From Macrostomum lignano (taxonomy: Eukaryota), in assembly GCA_002269645.1 (NCBI GenBank), contig NIVC01000794.1:1-33934 (forward strand): DNA of 33,934 bases, in the 5' to 3' direction. Of this stretch, positions 31,633 through 33,934 are shown one piece after another. The position numbers and the translations under genes were made by a program. Within the stretch, counting starts at the first letter, position 1; the number at the start of each line of letters is the position of its first letter. The notes beneath the pieces were generated by a model. It saw nothing but the letters and a program-made list of their open reading frames with translations. It did not search any database and was not told the DNA's origin.

Positions 31633-32040
31633 GACGTTGGTGACGCAGACTCACTTGCTCGTGCCGAATTCAAGTCCGCCATAAAAGACGTAGTTTTAAG
31701 TTAACCGTAACCAAATCTTAAAAACAGTGTCAGATACAATTAATACTCTTTAATTACAGGAACAATGAAGAATGCCAATGGTGCAAATTACAGTAATAGC
31801 AAACAAACTAAGCCGGCTAAAAATAGGAAAGTCTTTTACCTTATGGGTTTTTATTTTGATTTTCTAAGCACATGGTAAATATGCTTTTGTTATGACTTTA
31901 TGTGACGATGTATACACGAGTAGAATGATCTTTTTTAAGTTGCTGCGAAATCAACGTTTTTCTATGAAACGAAGTATTTTTAGGATACCGTCGTGATATA
32001 TTTCCAATCTTAAGTTCTATATTTAAGAGTAAAACACAAA

Positions 32041-33605
32041 ATGGCATCTTCCGGACATCAAGATTTTTCAGGTAAAAATAAATTTGTTTCCTAATCTGCT
32101 AGTCTAATGCTATATGTTAGAGTATCACCTGCGTGTACGAGTACTATACATGATACATGAAATATGTTTAAATAAATGCACTCTTTTTTGCTGGGTATGC
32201 TTTCTAGATGCTTTCTGGTGATGACTGTGCATATAATTCTGGAGCTTATAGAAATGTTGGCCATGTCTAAATAAACATAATCTAGTATACTATAAGACAT
32301 GAATATGTAAGACAGGGATTTTTTACTAAGAGAAGAGATAATACTAAAAAAATCAAGGATAACTAACTGACACTGGCACTAGCAGACAATAGTCAATAAA
32401 TATATTGAATTTTTTATTAATTTTAAGTACCTAGTTCTAGAAAGAATGAGAAATTTATATTTTTTCATATTAGAATTTTTAGACAAATATAAATTTAAGT
32501 TTCTAATATATTTGGCTATATATTATTATAAATCTTGTCACTTATTTCAAGCTAAAAAAATTGATTTTAAAATATCTTTGGTATAAACTATCATTTTCAA
32601 ACTTTGAATGATTCTTTTTGAGTTGATATAAAAAAAATAGTAAGAAATGTATAAGTCCTATTTACAATTATAATGAATATAATAATAATATAATAAATAG
32701 GGCCATGGTTAAGAAGATGGCCTTTTTTCATGGAAAATTATAGCACAATAGCTGGCAGGGGGGAATCTGGTACAATTTGTTGCAAGACAAAAATTAATAG
32801 AATTTGGTGCAAGGCAAAAACTTTTAGTAACGTAATATTTTGTAGATAGAAAATTGGCACTTTTTTGTTCATTAATATATTGATGGGTTTTTCAATTAAA
32901 ACACATTAATATTGTATTTCAATGAAAAGGATTCAAATACATGTTTTACCATTATTTTTCAAATAGAAAATACTTATAAAACTTGTATTGTCAAATTTTA
33001 ATACAATTAGAACATATTTTGTTTAAAGTAAAGAAATGTTATAATGGCTTTGTTAAAATTTGAATGTAAATCTGAATATCAATTGGGAAATGAATACATA
33101 ATTTTATGTTCTTGTATTTTACTTTCAAAAAAGTTCTAGCACAGCACAAGCAAACTTATTTATTAAAAATAATTTTGGCACATAGCACAAGCAAACATTA
33201 CTTAACAATAATAATACTTTCTAATGTTACAAATGTCATTAACTGGAACTACCCAGTGAAATATTTGTATGCATGGTTTTAGCAAACTACAATATTTTAA
33301 AGGAATAACTAAAAATTAAAATATTCTTCTTCTTGCTATTCATTGCATTTGAATTTTCCAAAAGACTTTAAAAGCAAATTGCAAAGGCTGTAAATCTTTA
33401 ATCAAAAATAGATCTACTGTATACTTTACTTGGCTATTGGTATTTTAACATCTTTTTATATTTTTCAGGAGCACAAGGAGACTATGGTGAAAGCTTGGAT
33501 GCTGAGCACACTGAGGCATCCAACAGTGATGAAGCCAAGCTGCAGGCCATGTCTGAGGAGGAGCGAGAGATTCAGAGGCGTGACTGGATGTTGGAATTGG
33601 AGAAG
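32041..33605 (+). CDS. TPD52: Tumor protein D52-family protein, first two coding exons (continues beyond the window)
   Basis: Exon 32041-32071 (MASSGHQDFS, phase 1, GTAAAA donor) joins 33469-33605 (GAQGD...MSEEEREIQRRDWMLELEK, GTAAAA donor). SEEERE...W..ELEK resembles the start of the TPD52 coiled coil. The diagnostic EEEI.TLRQVL is not in the window. Confidence 0.6.
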
Positions 33606-33874
33606 GTAAAATACGCAGTGTTGGTTTGATTGCTTTGGCAGTCTTAATTTTATAAATGGTCAGAGATTATTTACCTCATTTATTTCTACTGAGACAGTAT
33701 TTAACATTTTCAAAATTTTCCTTATAGTTCTACTGTAAGTAGCTGCATCAGCAAGTTTAATAATTGTATTTTAATTTATCGATCAGTATTTCACTTGTAA
33801 TATACGTTTAGAAGTAGCAATATACTGGAACGGGTTATTGCCAGTCAAGTTCTACAAACCCAACTAAAAACTGT

Positions 33875-33934
33875 CTTCACCACCCAGCAGTCTGACCCTA
33901 AACTCTTCACTACTCAGCAGTCTGACCCTAAACT
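33875..33934. repeat. Start of a ~30-bp tandem repeat truncated by the window edge
   Basis: TCTTCAC(C/T)AC(C/T)CAGCAGTCTGACCCTAAA(A)C occurs twice in tandem. Confidence 0.65.

Overview
Eukaryotic (metazoan invertebrate-like) genomic DNA with GT-AG introns, GC-rich exons and AT-rich spacers. The style resembles a free-living flatworm such as Macrostomum, but that is only an inference. Four host genes were reconstructed by hand from splice sites and reading-frame phase. These are a minus-strand SDR16C-type short-chain dehydrogenase (runs off the left edge), a minus-strand AIFM3-like Rieske/FAD oxidoreductase, a plus-strand ODAD1/CCDC63-like dynein docking coiled-coil gene arranged head-to-head with it, and the first two exons of a TPD52-like gene. 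The 12.4-kb second SDR intron holds a 10,491-bp element with 31-bp CCC...GGG terminal inverted repeats and a 2-bp CA target duplication, inserted into a minisatellite unit. The element has no recognisable transposase but carries an intact 5-exon, 467-aa gene with a DUF4806/BEN-like C-terminus and two private satellite arrays. A tRNA-derived SINE and a hAT-type MITE (8-bp TSD) are also present. Many introns hold their own minisatellite, and several units are direct or inverted copies of the adjacent 5' splice site. Most long ORFs in the supplied track are artefacts of these repeats. No CRISPR array, rRNA or functional tRNA is supported.
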